Assembly (NCBI GenBank): GCA_964187785.1
Contig: OZ076409.1
Span: 14,448,001 to 14,512,000, forward strand
Length of the DNA stretch: 64,000 nt
Reading direction: 5' to 3'
DNA from: Amphiscolops sp. MND2022
Lineage: Eukaryota
Under the pieces are notes generated by a model that saw nothing but the letters and a program-made list of their open reading frames with translations, had not been told where the DNA came from and did not search any database. Shown piece by piece: positions 39,037 through 51,781 of this stretch; within the stretch, counting starts at the first letter, position 1; each line of letters starts with the position of its first letter. Made by a program: the position numbers and the translations under genes.

Positions 39037-40347
39037 ATGTTTTCAATACTTTCATGACTCAAAGCTGAGTCATTTCACGTCATTTCTGGCCAATTTACGT
39101 GTTAAGCCAGCTTCGGCCAGTTCCTAATTACCTCATGGGATTTCAAGACAATTTCAAAGCAAAGGTCTTTTGGGATTATTTTGACTCGGAATTACGTGGA
39201 AGTAAAGTTGAAGAGAGTCGTTTTGACAGAGAATAATTGATTTTTATTCAGCTTTTTAGTCGTGGAAAACAGGGAAACATTTATCACTGCTTGACCTGTT
39301 TTGAAGTTTAGTGTTTAATGTGTTTCAGCCTGCAGTGATGTTTTTCATGTTGCTTTTCTGATTGAGAGTTCTTTTCATCTGTGTTTTCAGCGATGAGTAA
39401 AGTAAAATTGATTAGGCCGACAAGTCAAGATTTTTTTCACACAAAGTACTAGGCTAATTGGTGATTCGGTGGGATTTGTTCCCATATTCCGCTAAAAACA
39501 TGGAAACCATGTAGTTTGATTTTTGTAGAATCTACACGTTGGAAATAAACAAGAACAGTTTGCACCATGCCGTTTGGAACTAGTTCACGTTTTTGACGTT
39601 ATATCCGAAGTAAATTGCGTTTTACCGGGGATGAAGCGGCATATGTATCGTAATGAGGTTCGAATTTTATCTGTTTCGATGTTTCGTTTCTTTCCAAAAT
39701 CGACAAAAAAATAAGTTATATCCGAAGTAATTGATGTTTCTGGTGGGAAAAGAAGCAGAAAATCTTTTGGTTTTTGATATTTTTGGTGAGAATAAAAGCA
39801 AAAAAAACCTTTTAGGTCCAAAATGCCCCCCTTTGGATTTTGGTACTCTGAAATTGAGAGTTTATTGAAGAGAAAGCCCTTGATGCTATGAAGTATTTTT
39901 GTATTTTTTTGAGCTTTAAGCGGAGAGCCGATTGATGACGTTCCCGTCTTGTTCATAGTTATTTCAACTAAAAACGTGATTAAAAACAAACATCAGTTTT
40001 ATGATCAAGAATCAATACTACGTAGTCAGTTTTAGCCCCTGGTGTGAATGCAGTTCTTAATTGCAGGTTATTTCAATTCTTTTTTAACGATTTACTTGCA
40101 CGACCCATTGGGGAGAAACCAGAATGAAGACGCATAGAGCTTTCGAAGGAATTAATTATTTTTTTTGGAGTTGCTTGCATGATCTTGACGCACAACTGAG
40201 CGCTCCAAGTTTAAGCGCTTATCATCGTAAAGCCGTTATTTAATCAATAAATACCGAAAAAAATCAATTCAATCGCCTGCATATAGATGCGAATATTTTT
40301 CAACTGCCAGATTTATAGGTTTTCAATATTAAATAACCGAAGTACTC

Positions 40348-40415
40348 GCCACTTTGGTGCAGTGGACTAGTACCAGGGACTACCAGAAATCAGGTCGAGG
40401 GTTCGAACTCAGCGC
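40348..40415 (+). repeat. tRNA-like / SINE head with Pol III A and B boxes
   Basis: TGGTGCAGTGG (40355-40365) and GGTTCGAACTC (40400-40410) at tRNA-like spacing; no convincing acceptor stem. Confidence 0.5.
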
Positions 40416-40430
40416 AAAAATAAAAATGTT

Positions 40431-41270
40431 TTTGTGAGAGAGTGCACTCTCGAACACTCAAACAAAAAAAGAAACAGGTTGTGTAACACTTTATTAAAGT
40501 TGTTTACCAACAAAAAGAGTGCTCACAAGAAAAGTGAGAGCGGCCATTTGCCACATGGTCTACATACAATACAGTATTAACAGCTCTATTGTTTTGATTC
40601 TCCCTCGAGATTGCATAGCTATAACATGGCGCTGCGAGATAATTCTTTTGAATCCAGCGGGAAACAAACCACAAGCAGTTCGTCAGCTCTGACGGGACTG
40701 CCAGCTTATTGGGAGTGTCCAGAAGTACCACCTAAAGCAGAATGGGAAAAGTGGTGGGAACTCTTCGTAATGGCAATAAATGCCAAACATGCTATATCAG
40801 TTACCGAGTTACTTAGAACACCTACCCAAAACAGCCCACGACAGGCAGCACTACTAAACAATCTAAACGAACAAGCCGCAGAACGGAAAGTTGTCAGCAT
40901 TTTATTCTTATCATTAGGAGTGGCCGGCAGAAAGAATCTAACCGACAAATTTCCGTATATGACGGTAGCCACAGCACCACTAGCAGAAATCAAAGAAAAT
41001 TGCGAGCAGACGTTTTACAAACCCAGGAATAGAACCCTGGAGCGATACAAATTCTTCGCACGAAAACAACAGAGTCATGAGTCGTTGAGACAATTCTGGA
41101 ATATCCTCACGGGATTAGCGGCAAGATGTGAATTTGGCGAACAAACAGAGGGACTTATCATGGACGCATTCATCCAGAACATGCGACACAAGACAGTACA
41201 GGAACGCCTGTGTACTGAACCAAAAGAAAATCCAAAGGAAGCATTACAATTCGCGATCCGCAAGGGCTAG
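40431..41270 (+). mobile_element. Truncated Gypsy element: LTR end, PBS and 5' part of gag
   Basis: ...CTATAACA|TGGCGCTGCGAG (LTR end at 40626 plus a tRNA-Ser-like PBS) followed by gag. Left LTR boundary uncertain. Confidence 0.75.
40626..41270 (+). pseudogene. Ty3/Gypsy Gag (capsid region), 3'-truncated
   Basis: WEKWWELF...ERYKFFARKQQSHESLRQFWNILTGLAARCEFG...IMDAFIQNM...VQERL is the typical Gypsy Gag pattern; no zinc knuckle or pol follows. Confidence 0.88.
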
Positions 41271-43463
41271 ATTTCTACAAAAAGTTTCAAGGGATTTTTG
41301 GCGGCACAGTGTTTTTTTCTAGAATTTTTAGAAATTCATCAAAAGTTCTCCCTGTTGAGGTTTTCAATTTTTTAGTCAAGAAAAAAAAGTTTAATGAACG
41401 AAAAGATCCCTTGGGAAAATTGTTTTCTGAAATTTTGGTTGTTAGATGTTCTCAGTCAAGTAAAGATTTTTTTTAGTTTCAAGGGTCCTGGCTAGGGTAT
41501 TTTTGGAGGGTTGGTAGAAGTTTTCCAATAATTGTCCTTGAGCATAATTAAAAGACTTTGTTATCTTTTTGAGCCTTAAGTGACGGCACTGACTAGGTTT
41601 GTTTTCTAGGATTCAAAAACAAGCAATTAAAGAAGAAACAGTCAAAAAATCCCAAAAATTCAACACCAGGGCTGCATGCTAAGTAATCCCAAGGACGAAT
41701 AGGTATTAAAATGAACCGTCCGATGGAAAAAAAGGTGTCTGCTGAGCGCCCTGAAATTTTTTATCGATATCAAAATTTTCCGCCTCGGGGTAGCCAAAAT
41801 ACAATGTTTGCACAATTAAAAAAATGACACTCTTCGGGTTTTTCACGTTTTTCATTTCGCATTTAATTGGATTCAACTTTTTAGTGCATATCGGGACTTT
41901 TTTGAGGAAAACTTTCAATTTCACTAACAAAAAGCGTACTACATAGCCATTTGTTTTGCCGTTGATTTGTGAAAAGTCAAGTTTCTCAAAACACTCAAAA
42001 GTTAAACAGAAAACCAAAAATACTAAATATACATTTTTTGCTTTCTGGAGTCTTTTTTGAACAGGTTTTGGATTTTTATACGTTATGTATGCCCAACTGT
42101 TCGTAAACACTACGGATACTTCGCGAACACTTCGTACTATCAAAACATTCAAAACCTCTTCAAATTATGCATATCATTGTACAAGAATTTAACATTTTGG
42201 TATTTTTAGCTATTCTGGGGACTGTTTGGTGCACCTTTCGTTGTTAGGGCATTTTTCAGCAAAAAACTCAATTTTCTCCACTAATGCAAGTATTACGTAC
42301 CTAATTTTATTGTAGTTAATTCTGTGCAATAATTCTCATCTTGAACATAAAAATGATAAATTTAGTTTCTCCTATAATTATTTTCCCCCTGAAAAACCGC
42401 GTTGTCACAAAGAGTTCAGATTGTTCAAAATCTGGACTCAACCTAGGTAGTCTTCAAGTCTGCTGAAGCGTCGATACCAAGACCGCAGCAATCAGAACTT
42501 TTCTCTTAGGAAAAAGATTCAACCCGAATGCTTTTTTAATATTTCTGCTTTAGCAGGAATGTTATTGTAACCTCAAAGTTGGTCCTTTTTTTTTTTCAGT
42601 CGTCAAATTTCGTCCTACTGAATAATTCAGATATTTTGTTCGGCAGTGAGTGTAAGCGTGGGAAAGCTGCCGACAACAATTCAATTCTAGTGCGATAGAA
42701 CGAGCGAGTGGTAATTATCCATTCGTATGCTGACGTCATTGAGATGAAGCGAATGAGTGTTAATTATTCGTTCGTTGAGAGCTTCGCCTGCATTCAAATG
42801 CGAATGCGAAACTTCGTCTACGCTTAGTTATATTTTCTTTAGTCCGAGAAGAATTAAAGGCGGTGTAAACTTGTACAGTGATTAATTGTGCTCTAAGTAA
42901 TGATTAAACAGGAGTGTATTGGTATTCCAGATATGATTCTTTTATTAATGATTTTTTGTTTTAAAAAAATAAAGATTAAAGCAGAAATAGTACTGAGCCC
43001 CGGAGGGGCCTATTTTTCAAAACTGTTTGAATCAATAACTTTGATTGGTTATTCTGAAAAACTTCGAAGCTGGAAGACTAAAAACTGACTATTGATTCTC
43101 GAAGTTTGACAAAAAGCACTGTTCTCTTCAACCACGTACAAATTCTTATGAAACTTTGATTGAGCAACTGCCGTAAAGTAAATTTATGAAGCTTTGAACA
43201 AAAAATACAAATGATGAAAATAAAGATTTAGATGATTGGCATTTGATTTCAATTGAAAAAAAAAAATTTTCAAAAGTGCTCAGATCAATTAGTTTGCTCC
43301 AAACAATGCTTCTTGTTTCGGACAAAAAGAACATCTTTCTTTCTCAGTTGCACTGTATAGTTGCGCTTTTATTCCTTGTTCTTTCGGGCAGTACCTGAGT
43401 TTTGACCTGAATGCTTTATATGTAAAGGTCTCATATTGTAAATTGGTTCGGTTGTTGGCGTTG

Positions 43464-45120
43464 AATCTAGGAAAACTCGTCGAAAAGAACTCGCCGAAAA
43501 CAACTCGCCGGAAACAACTCGCCGGAAACAACTCGCCGGTAACAACTCGCCGGAAACAACTCGCCGGAAACAACTCGCCGAAAACAACTCGCCGAAAACA
43601 ACTCGCCGAAAACAACTCGTCGAAAACAACTCGCCGAAAACAACTCGCCGAAAACAACTCGCCGAAAACAACTCGCTGAAAACAACTCGTCGAAAAGAAC
43701 TCGTCGAAAAGAACTCGCCGAAAACAACTCGCTGAAAACAACTCGCCGAAAAACACCTCGCTGAAAACAACTCGCCTAAAAAAAATCGCTGAAAACAACT
43801 CGCCGAAAAACAACTCGCTGAAAACAACTCGCTGAAAACAACTCGCCGAAAACAACTCGCTGAAAACAACTCGCCGAAAAACAACTCGCTGAAAACAACT
43901 CGCTGAAAACAAGTCGCTGAAAACAACTCGCTGAAAACAACTCGCCGAAAACAACTCGCCAAAAACAACTCGCTGAAAACTACTCGCCGGAAACAACTCG
44001 CCGAAAACAACTCGCCGAAAACAACTCGCCGAAAACAACTCGTCGAAAACAACTCGCCGAAAACAACTCGTCGAAAAGAACTCGTCGAAAAGAACTCGCC
44101 GAAAACAACTCGCTGAAAACAACTCGCCGAAAAACACCTCGCTGAAAACAACTCGCCTAAAAAACTCGCTGAAAACAACTCGCCGAAAAACAACTCGCTG
44201 AGAACAAGTCGCTGAAAACAAGTCGCTGAAAACAACTCGCTGAAAACAACTCGCCGAAAACAACTCGCCAAAAACAACTCGCTGAAAACTACTCGCTGAA
44301 AACAACTCGCCGAAAACAACTCGCCGAAAACAACTCGCCGAAAACAACTCGCCGAAAACAACTCGCTGAAAACAACTCGCCGAAAACAACTCGCCAAAAA
44401 CAACTCGCTGAAAACTACTCGCTGAAAACAACTCGCCGAAAACAACTCGCCGAAAACAACTCGCCGAAAACAACTCGCTGAAAACAACTCGCTGAAACAA
44501 CTCGTCGAAAAGAACTCGCCGAAAACAACTCGGTGAAAACAACTCGCCGAAAAACACCTCGCTGAAAACAACTCGCCTAAAAAAATCGCTGAAAACAACT
44601 CGCCTAAAAAATCGCTGAAAACAACTCGCCGAAAAACAACTCGCTGAAAACAACTCGCTGAAAACAACTCGCTGAAAACAACTCGCTGAAAACAACTCGC
44701 CGAAAACAACTCGCTGAAAACAACTCGCCGAAAACAACTCGCCGAAAAACAACTGGTCAAAAATACTAGGCGTAAAACTCGCCGAGAATTCTCCGGCGGA
44801 AAACTTGTCGCAAGTCCAAAAAAGCATCTCAGCCAAATACAGTGCTAATTTTGTGATCGGACTGTGACTTACGAAGTTAGAAATTATTACGAGGTATTAC
44901 ACTGTATATTATAAAATAAAATATTTCAAGCAACTATTTAACTAAAAAGGCTATATTACTTGAAAATTTAAGGAAACCTAATCATCATTATCACTGTGTA
45001 GTCCTTGTGCAATTATGCGACAAGTTTGCACTCCATTATTATTTTTTGACCAATTTTCCGCTCTTTTATTCCGACGAGTTACATTCGACGAGTAGTTTTT
45101 GTCGAGTTTTCCGCACACCG
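43464..45120. mobile_element. Foldback/Mutator-like MITE with an expanded left subterminal array
   Basis: Left AATCTAGGAAAACTCGTCG, right CGAGTTTTCCGCACACCG; flanked by TTGGCGTTG / TTGGCGTGG. A similar right end occurs at about 50220-50254. Confidence 0.65.
43471..44756. repeat. 14-bp minisatellite (CCGAAAACAACTCG), roughly 90 units with higher-order blocks
   Basis: Directly visible; variant units (AAAACACCTCG, CTAAAAAAATCG, AACTACTCG) recur in blocks. Confidence 0.98.
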
Positions 45121-46262
45121 TTGGCGTGGTGAACATTCTGAAACAGCTTTTTCTTGAAAATTCAGGTCTCAAGAAAATCTTCACGACGCCAACTACCGAA
45201 CCAATTTTACAACGTCTGAAACTGTTCTACTGTGTGTCTCTTTATCAAAAATTGATGATGGAGTTCTGGAACTGCAGATTTTGATGATTCCAGGTTTTCT
45301 AGTTGTTTCCAGCATGTTCACGATTTGTTCCCAGTCTTTGCTTTCACCCCTAACTCCTATCATAATTGCCTGCCCTTCCAAATGCTAGACATCACACTGT
45401 GAAGCTTGTAAACGCAATAAGATATTGTATCACAATCTTTCAGTTTTTAAAATATGCTAATAATTTACTTTTATAAATTGGGTTCATAACGTTACTTTAG
45501 TCAAATTTAATTAATGTTTCTCAAATGCATGTAGAAAGCAAAATATTTTTCAAATCAGCTAATTTGAAAATCTGAAAATCTTGGGAACAATGTGGACAAA
45601 AATGCATGAAAGTTTCAGTAAAATTTTTTCAGAAAATGAAGTAGAACTTGTCGGGAACCTTTGAAAACATTTCAAAACATTTCAAGAATGATCAACATTT
45701 TTGCTTGCTCCTGATTGACGCCACATTTTTGAAAAAGAATTCAAGCTTTTAAGTGACCTCAAAAGATCTAAAAATTCAAAAATGTATTTCAATATTTTAA
45801 ACGCTTCTCGGAACAAGGTGGAAAAAATCTAGCACAGAAACCACAGAAAATGGCGTCAGCAACGACAAAGATTGTCTTTTCACGCTGATAAACTCGTTTT
45901 GATCTTCCCTTAGAGACTGGAGAAACCAAATGGATGATAATTCAAAAACCGCCGGCCCATTCAGTGTTTTTTTGTTTGCTAAAAATGGAAAAAGGTCATA
46001 GGGTATCATAAAAATAAGACGCCCGCTGAACAGCGGAAGATTTTCCCGCCCGCTCTATTTTAGCAAAGAAATTTTCTTGACGCTCAAGTGTTGTCGAGAT
46101 AATGATTTTTCAAAAAGTTGAGAAATCCTTGAACATTGAGAGTTTTGAAACTTTTCGCTTCTTCTTATCTCTTTTTTTGAACAAAAAATTACTAAAATAT
46201 TCTTTAAACAAGAGCACGCTAAGTAGCTAATTAGCTTGTTGTTGGACGCTGTTAACACTCAT

Positions 46263-46810
46263 CCCTAGTTGAGACTGCAGGAACTTTTTACATGCAGCAG
46301 GCCTGCATGCAGGGTAATTTTTATAAAACCTAGAAAATTCAGTGAATTTCGGATAGTCAATCATGTAGAATTACACTGCATTTTCCACTACTGCAATTAA
46401 ATTTGAAATAAAAACCACTTCAATACCGACGCGGTCACTTTGTATGAACACTTTGTTCACTCTACTACTCATCTGATGTGATCACCGCGCTTCTCAAATA
46501 GCACGCTAAAGATGACGCTAATTTGCAGTTTACTATGCGACTGAAGTTATTTTGCCTTAAATTAGCGGTAAAACTGAAAACAATTTATCTGCTTTTAAAA
46601 TGATAGTTGCTGCTTAATGAACCTGCAAAAGTTCAAGGCTTATAATTGCCGTCAAAACTTTGATGAATCTTTCAAGCAGCGTGATAAAAGTCGAATACAA
46701 CAGGTAAATATTTTCGCATGAAAGTTTCCGTAAGAGTTTTAGAAAATCATAATAAAAGTTGCTGGCAACATTAAAGTACATGCAAAAAGTTCAAGAAGTT
46801 TCAACTAGGG
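46263..46810 (+). mobile_element. ~548-bp CCCTAGTTGA MITE (copy 3)
   Basis: AT|CCCTAGTTGA...TCAACTAGGG|AT: perfect 10-bp TIR and 2-bp flanking duplication. A related left end begins at 51060. Confidence 0.9.
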
Positions 46811-47870
46811 ATACCAGAAAAAACATCAAAATTTATGATCTCTGTTCGATATTTATAGCTTTTGCTCAACACAGTGGAGATGTGAAGAAATATGAACCTT
46901 GGCAGGTTATTTTTGGGTGACACACTTCACCCTCTAGAAAGCATACAATACATTACGGTTTCTTCGTTGAAATTTGTGGACCTTCCAAACCACGAAAATG
47001 CTCATTAACTGTACAAAATTGCATGAAGTTAGTCGAAAACAGCAAAAGTTTCAGAATTATCAGCTAGTTTGTTTTCAAGTGCGGATTATTTTTGCGGAAA
47101 TTCAGATCAATTGGGGTTTTTTTCAAAAAAGTTCAAATATCTCGACAACTACATTTGTTGCTAACTTTTTTTTTCATGACCGCTGATTTCGGTATAATTT
47201 TTAAAAATTCGTTATAAATTAGGTATAAAATTGGACAATGACAATACGAACAATAAAATATGCAGCCCAGTTAGTAATTTCATTTACCCAATTTGGAAAT
47301 ATGAGCTCAAAATGATTTGATGCCTATAATCAGTTTGTTTTTTTGAGCTTCTAAAATCCAAAAACCTGTATTCAGATAATTTCATGGACGTCTTTCTGCA
47401 CTTCATACGCTGCTGCTTTGTCACACAAGAATAACCATTGTTTTGAGGCAACTCAAAAATTTCAAGAGCATTTGAAGGCCTCGACCGTGTGAAAGAATTT
47501 CAGAAATCGGTAACATCAATCAGCACCACGCTCAAGAATCTAAATTATGTCACGGCTGTATGGTGGGAGAATCGTTGCATCATAAAAAACCTTTAAAACG
47601 TTTTTACTTTCAGATTAGTGTGTTTATATCTATTGAAAATATGAAAAGGGTTTTTGGAAAACTGAGAAAAAATATTCAAAAATGAGGAATTGTTACAAAC
47701 TGTGGAAAATAGTGGAAATGTGAGGTCACAAATTCTTTTCTCATGATCATTCTCGAAATATTGTCGTTAAAATGTCTGTTTTTGTCGCATCAAATTGTTT
47801 CGCGCCAAATTGTTTCGTGGCACAGTGTTAGATTTTGCAACAAACCAGGGTCAAACAACGATACAATCGT

Positions 47871-48392
47871 TTTTAGTCGGCGCATTTTAGTAGAAAATGT
47901 GCCCGACTCTTACAGTGGGTAGTCTTTTTTACCACTTTTTTGTTCATTTGTTCAACAACCTCAAACTTCAACAACTTCAAACCTCAACAACTCCAACCTC
48001 AGAAGCGTGTCCAAAACGAAAAGAAAAAACAAAACAGACGTCCACAACCTCGAAAACACACCTTAGCCCCACTTTTTTTCAGCACTTTTTTTTGAAGTTT
48101 TTTGGATTGCACCAGAGAGTCCCCCCTTCATTTGTTTCGATATTTTGCAACACAATTGATGTCAAAAAATCGCAAAGGGTCCCCCCTTTTACATTTTTCG
48201 GCACTGTGACACTGTTCAAAAATCTCATTAAAAAATTTTTTTGGGAAATTTTTTCATGTCTCCAAAGGGGTCCCCCCTTCAATTTTTTTCAAATTTTTTG
48301 CAACCAGCTGGAGTTTCACAAAACCCGAAGGGTCCCCCTTTTAAATTTTGAGCCTTAGATATGGCGCCGACTTTGGCCGTTCTCGGCTTGTT
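47871..48392 (+). mobile_element. Helentron/DINE-1-like family A copy (full length)
   Basis: Same 5' hairpin and same 3' subTIR plus stem-loop as 15587-16238. Confidence 0.8.
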
Positions 48393-51300
48393 GGACTATA
48401 CATTTTTCGACGAAAAAAGGCTATATCAAAATTGTGGACGTTATTTCTCAATTGCTTTGCCATAACTAGTGTGGGATTCGCAGGCTTCCGTTCAAAAACT
48501 TTTTTTTTTCGTTTTGAAAGTGAACTATATTAACACTGCTGTCTGACTTGAAGTTGGGAACAATGAAAATCCGGTATAACAAATCACTTTTTTTGTTTTT
48601 AAATTAGATCTTGCTGGAGAAAAGCGGTGGAAAATGCAGCTTCAAAATACTCCTATGGACTCTTTATGCATACTCAGTCTGGTATGAACTAGTTTTCAGG
48701 CTTGTTGAGGCATTTTAGGTGGATTTATTCCGTTCCTTTTTAAAACCATAACTGAGGTTGGGTAGTGTAGAGTTTCCATTAAGATGCCTGGTATATGTAT
48801 ACGCAAGTCGTTGCAGTGCCACTGCGCTGATTGTTGCTGTTTATTCTGTTCACGCCTTTTTGAGTATCTTGGTTATATTTGGGCAGTTTTGTTTTGTAAA
48901 TCAAAAATTACTCTGAGTAGCTAGTTTTGTCGCCGAACTTTCTAGTCAGGAAATTTCATTCTTTGTGGAGTGTTTTGAGGGGATTTCTCATTTCAATTTA
49001 TTTTCGCGGAAAAAATCTGATTCGTCAACGAGTCCGTATGGTAAATACCTACGTACATATTGTAAGATCTTGGTTTCAGATTTTATTGCGATTATAAAAA
49101 TTGCAATTTTGGTTTTAAAAGACGTCACCGAGAGATTGATTTTATATTCTACAATGAGTTTTGTTATTTTTAAGTTGCCGCTTTCCAGTAAAAAGTGCAA
49201 GACTCGTACTGTGGCACTTGAAGTTTTTTCGTCAGTCAACTTGAAATGTCCACTTTCTAATTTTCACCTAGCAACCCTGATTGGATAAAAGCAATAGTCT
49301 AGTTATTATCACGTGTGGGTTTTCTTTTGTTGAGCCTTAAGCAGATGCCAACTTGGGCCGTTGTTACCCGCTGTATCTGAGAAGCCCCTTCCTTTAGCCT
49401 GGTACATGCAAATTTTCTCATCACTTCCGATACCAAAATTTGGGTTCAATCGGTCGTTAAACCGGTTTTCATGTTTGTCAAGGATTACTCTTTGAGCGTT
49501 CTTACTCCTAATTGGCTTTAGCCACCTTACTCATTGAAAAATGTATGTAAGGTAATCAGTATATTAACGGCATGATCGTCAAAAGTTTTTAAAAGGGTTC
49601 AAGATGAAGTCAGTGGACTAGATTATCTATTCTCACATACTCAGATCAGCTTTTTTCTATAAGAAGTTTTTTCTTACAGAGTAAGGTTTTTGTTCAGAAA
49701 TGTAAACTGTGGCAGCTGACTATTCCCAATATGAAAATGAAAAAAATCTCTACTTTTTCACATAACGTGCCAAATGGGATGAAAATAGCTTGCATATTAC
49801 TGGCCAATTTTCCAAATTCGGGTGAAAAAATTTTTGCGCATGCTAGATTTAGATTGAATCTATTGTTTTCGTTTGTAGTTTTTGTTAAAATCACCTGAAA
49901 GTGTTCGTTAGTGTTGAATTTTGATACGAATTTTTACTATTTCAGCTGCAATTTCTCGTTCCTTGAAATGTCAATTTTCACCTTCAGATTTTGCTGATTG
50001 TCTTTTTTGACCTAGGGTTGATTGATTTTTACGTGAATTTAAGCATTTAATTAGCCAAGATTTCACGTGGAAGCGGAAAAGGAAAAATAGGAAAAAATCG
50101 AAAAAAAAAACGATAAGAACCTACTGAGCAATAGTTCACCCTTTCCAAAAATATGTGCAATGCTTACGGTACCGTTTTTTTCTTGACCAAATACTGCACT
50201 CGATCAAATGAGTTGCATTTGGCGAGTTGTTTTTGACGAGTTTTCCGCATACCGATCATATTCAATAACTAAGTTAATTAATACGTTAATACGAATTCCT
50301 TGATCTAATTTCCGGGAAAGGCGATCATACAAAAAAAAAACGAAAATGAATGATCAAATTTCTGAGATAGGACATCGATTTTCAGGACACTTCATTGTCA
50401 TTTCTTATGAATGCGTAGATCAAGAGGAAAGGAAAATTGAGATACTTTAAGGGATGTACGCTAAAAGTTTATATCTAATTTAAAGACAAAAATTCTTTTG
50501 TTCTTAGTTTGAAATTGCGCGTTTTTATCACTAAAATCTTTGGATTTTCTGAGGGGAACCTAATTGCCGGTAAGGCCGCGCTGATATTCTACTAAGCTAA
50601 AATAAAACTCAGAGTTCACGAAAAACTTTCGAGTATCTACCAAATTGATCAATTTCCTCTTCAAAGAGGAAACATTCAGTTCGTTGAATAATTTGGAGGG
50701 CTTCGAGACAAAAAAATCACGCACTGAAAATGAGATTGCCTGGGTACTTTCGTTTTTTTATCAGTTCTGTTCAGACTTTTCATAATAATGTTCAATAATT
50801 ATTTGACTGAGGTAAATTTTATTATCGTTCAAGTATCGTGGAATTCAATTGGAAAATACTGCTGCAATGTTTTCCCGAAAATGCTGGAATTAGGCACTTG
50901 AAAGTTTTTTGAACTATTCATGGAAGTTTCCGAAAAAACCAACGGCCAACAGCATAATGTCATGAGAGCTTTCATAAATTTTCGACGGTTTTTTGATAAA
51001 TCCTTTCTTCGTTGATGAATGACGTAATTTTCTATTAAGTTAACCGCCCGGGTTGACTACCCTAGTTGAGAATGCCGTGAAGTTTTGTAAGCACATGAAA
51101 AAAATGCAGGCTAATTTTTGATAAAAACAGAAAAATCAGGGACCCTGCATGGAAACTTTTGTAAAACTACCCTGCATCTTGGAAAATCTTGGAAAACTTC
51201 CCTGTATCTTAGTAAATCTTGGGAAACTTTCCTGCATTTTGCAAAAACTTGGAAAAATATCCACAAAGCCTCGACAAAAAATCTTCAGCAAAAATCCTGA

Positions 51301-51498
51301 AAAGGATGCAATTTTTGTAATTTTTTGATCTCTCAGTCTTTTAGTTCTATCTCAAAGAAATTTAGTTCTCACAAAAAGGTCCTCTTCTCGCAACCTAATA
51401 AGAGCTGAGAAAAAACTGAATTGCAACTAAAAGAAAATTAAAAAGCTAGTGAACACCTACAAATCAGCATTATGCAAAATCAAAGTCCAAAAAAAATT

Positions 51499-51592
51499 TA
51501 GGAGTTGTTTCGAGGAAGTCGAGACCCAGAACACTTGTATCCCATTCGGAGTTGTTTTGAGGAAGCCGAGACCCAGAACACTTGTATCCCAT
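51499..51592. repeat. ~47-bp tandem duplication
   Basis: GGAGTTGTTT(C/T)GAGGAAG(T/C)CGAGACCCAGAACACTTGTATCCCAT occurs twice. Confidence 0.9.
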
Positions 51593-51781
51593 ACAAAACA
51601 TCAGGTGCCAGAGATAGCTCCTCCAATGGTTTCGTACCAGATGCCACACAATTTTCATCTTTATCGAAGACAACGTCTGAAACAAAAACTGGTTATTCAT
51701 TGACACCTCGAGGAGCTAGGAAGGACATATCAAAAAACAACAGCGGAAAAAACTCTAGACCTAAAAACTTCTTTTCCATGA

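Noticed and set aside
43471..44756. CRISPR-like array
   Set aside because: Units are contiguous with no unique spacers, there are no cas genes and the context is eukaryotic; the same applies to 23953-24078 and 52805-52975.
43289..44836. 515-aa and 463-aa minus-strand ORFs
   Set aside because: They are translations of the stop-free 14-bp minisatellite, open in several frames; no evidence of a real protein.
47897..48358. 153-aa ORF, and similar ORFs at 15835 and 3725
   Set aside because: They lie within family A non-coding repeats and the frames are not conserved between copies.
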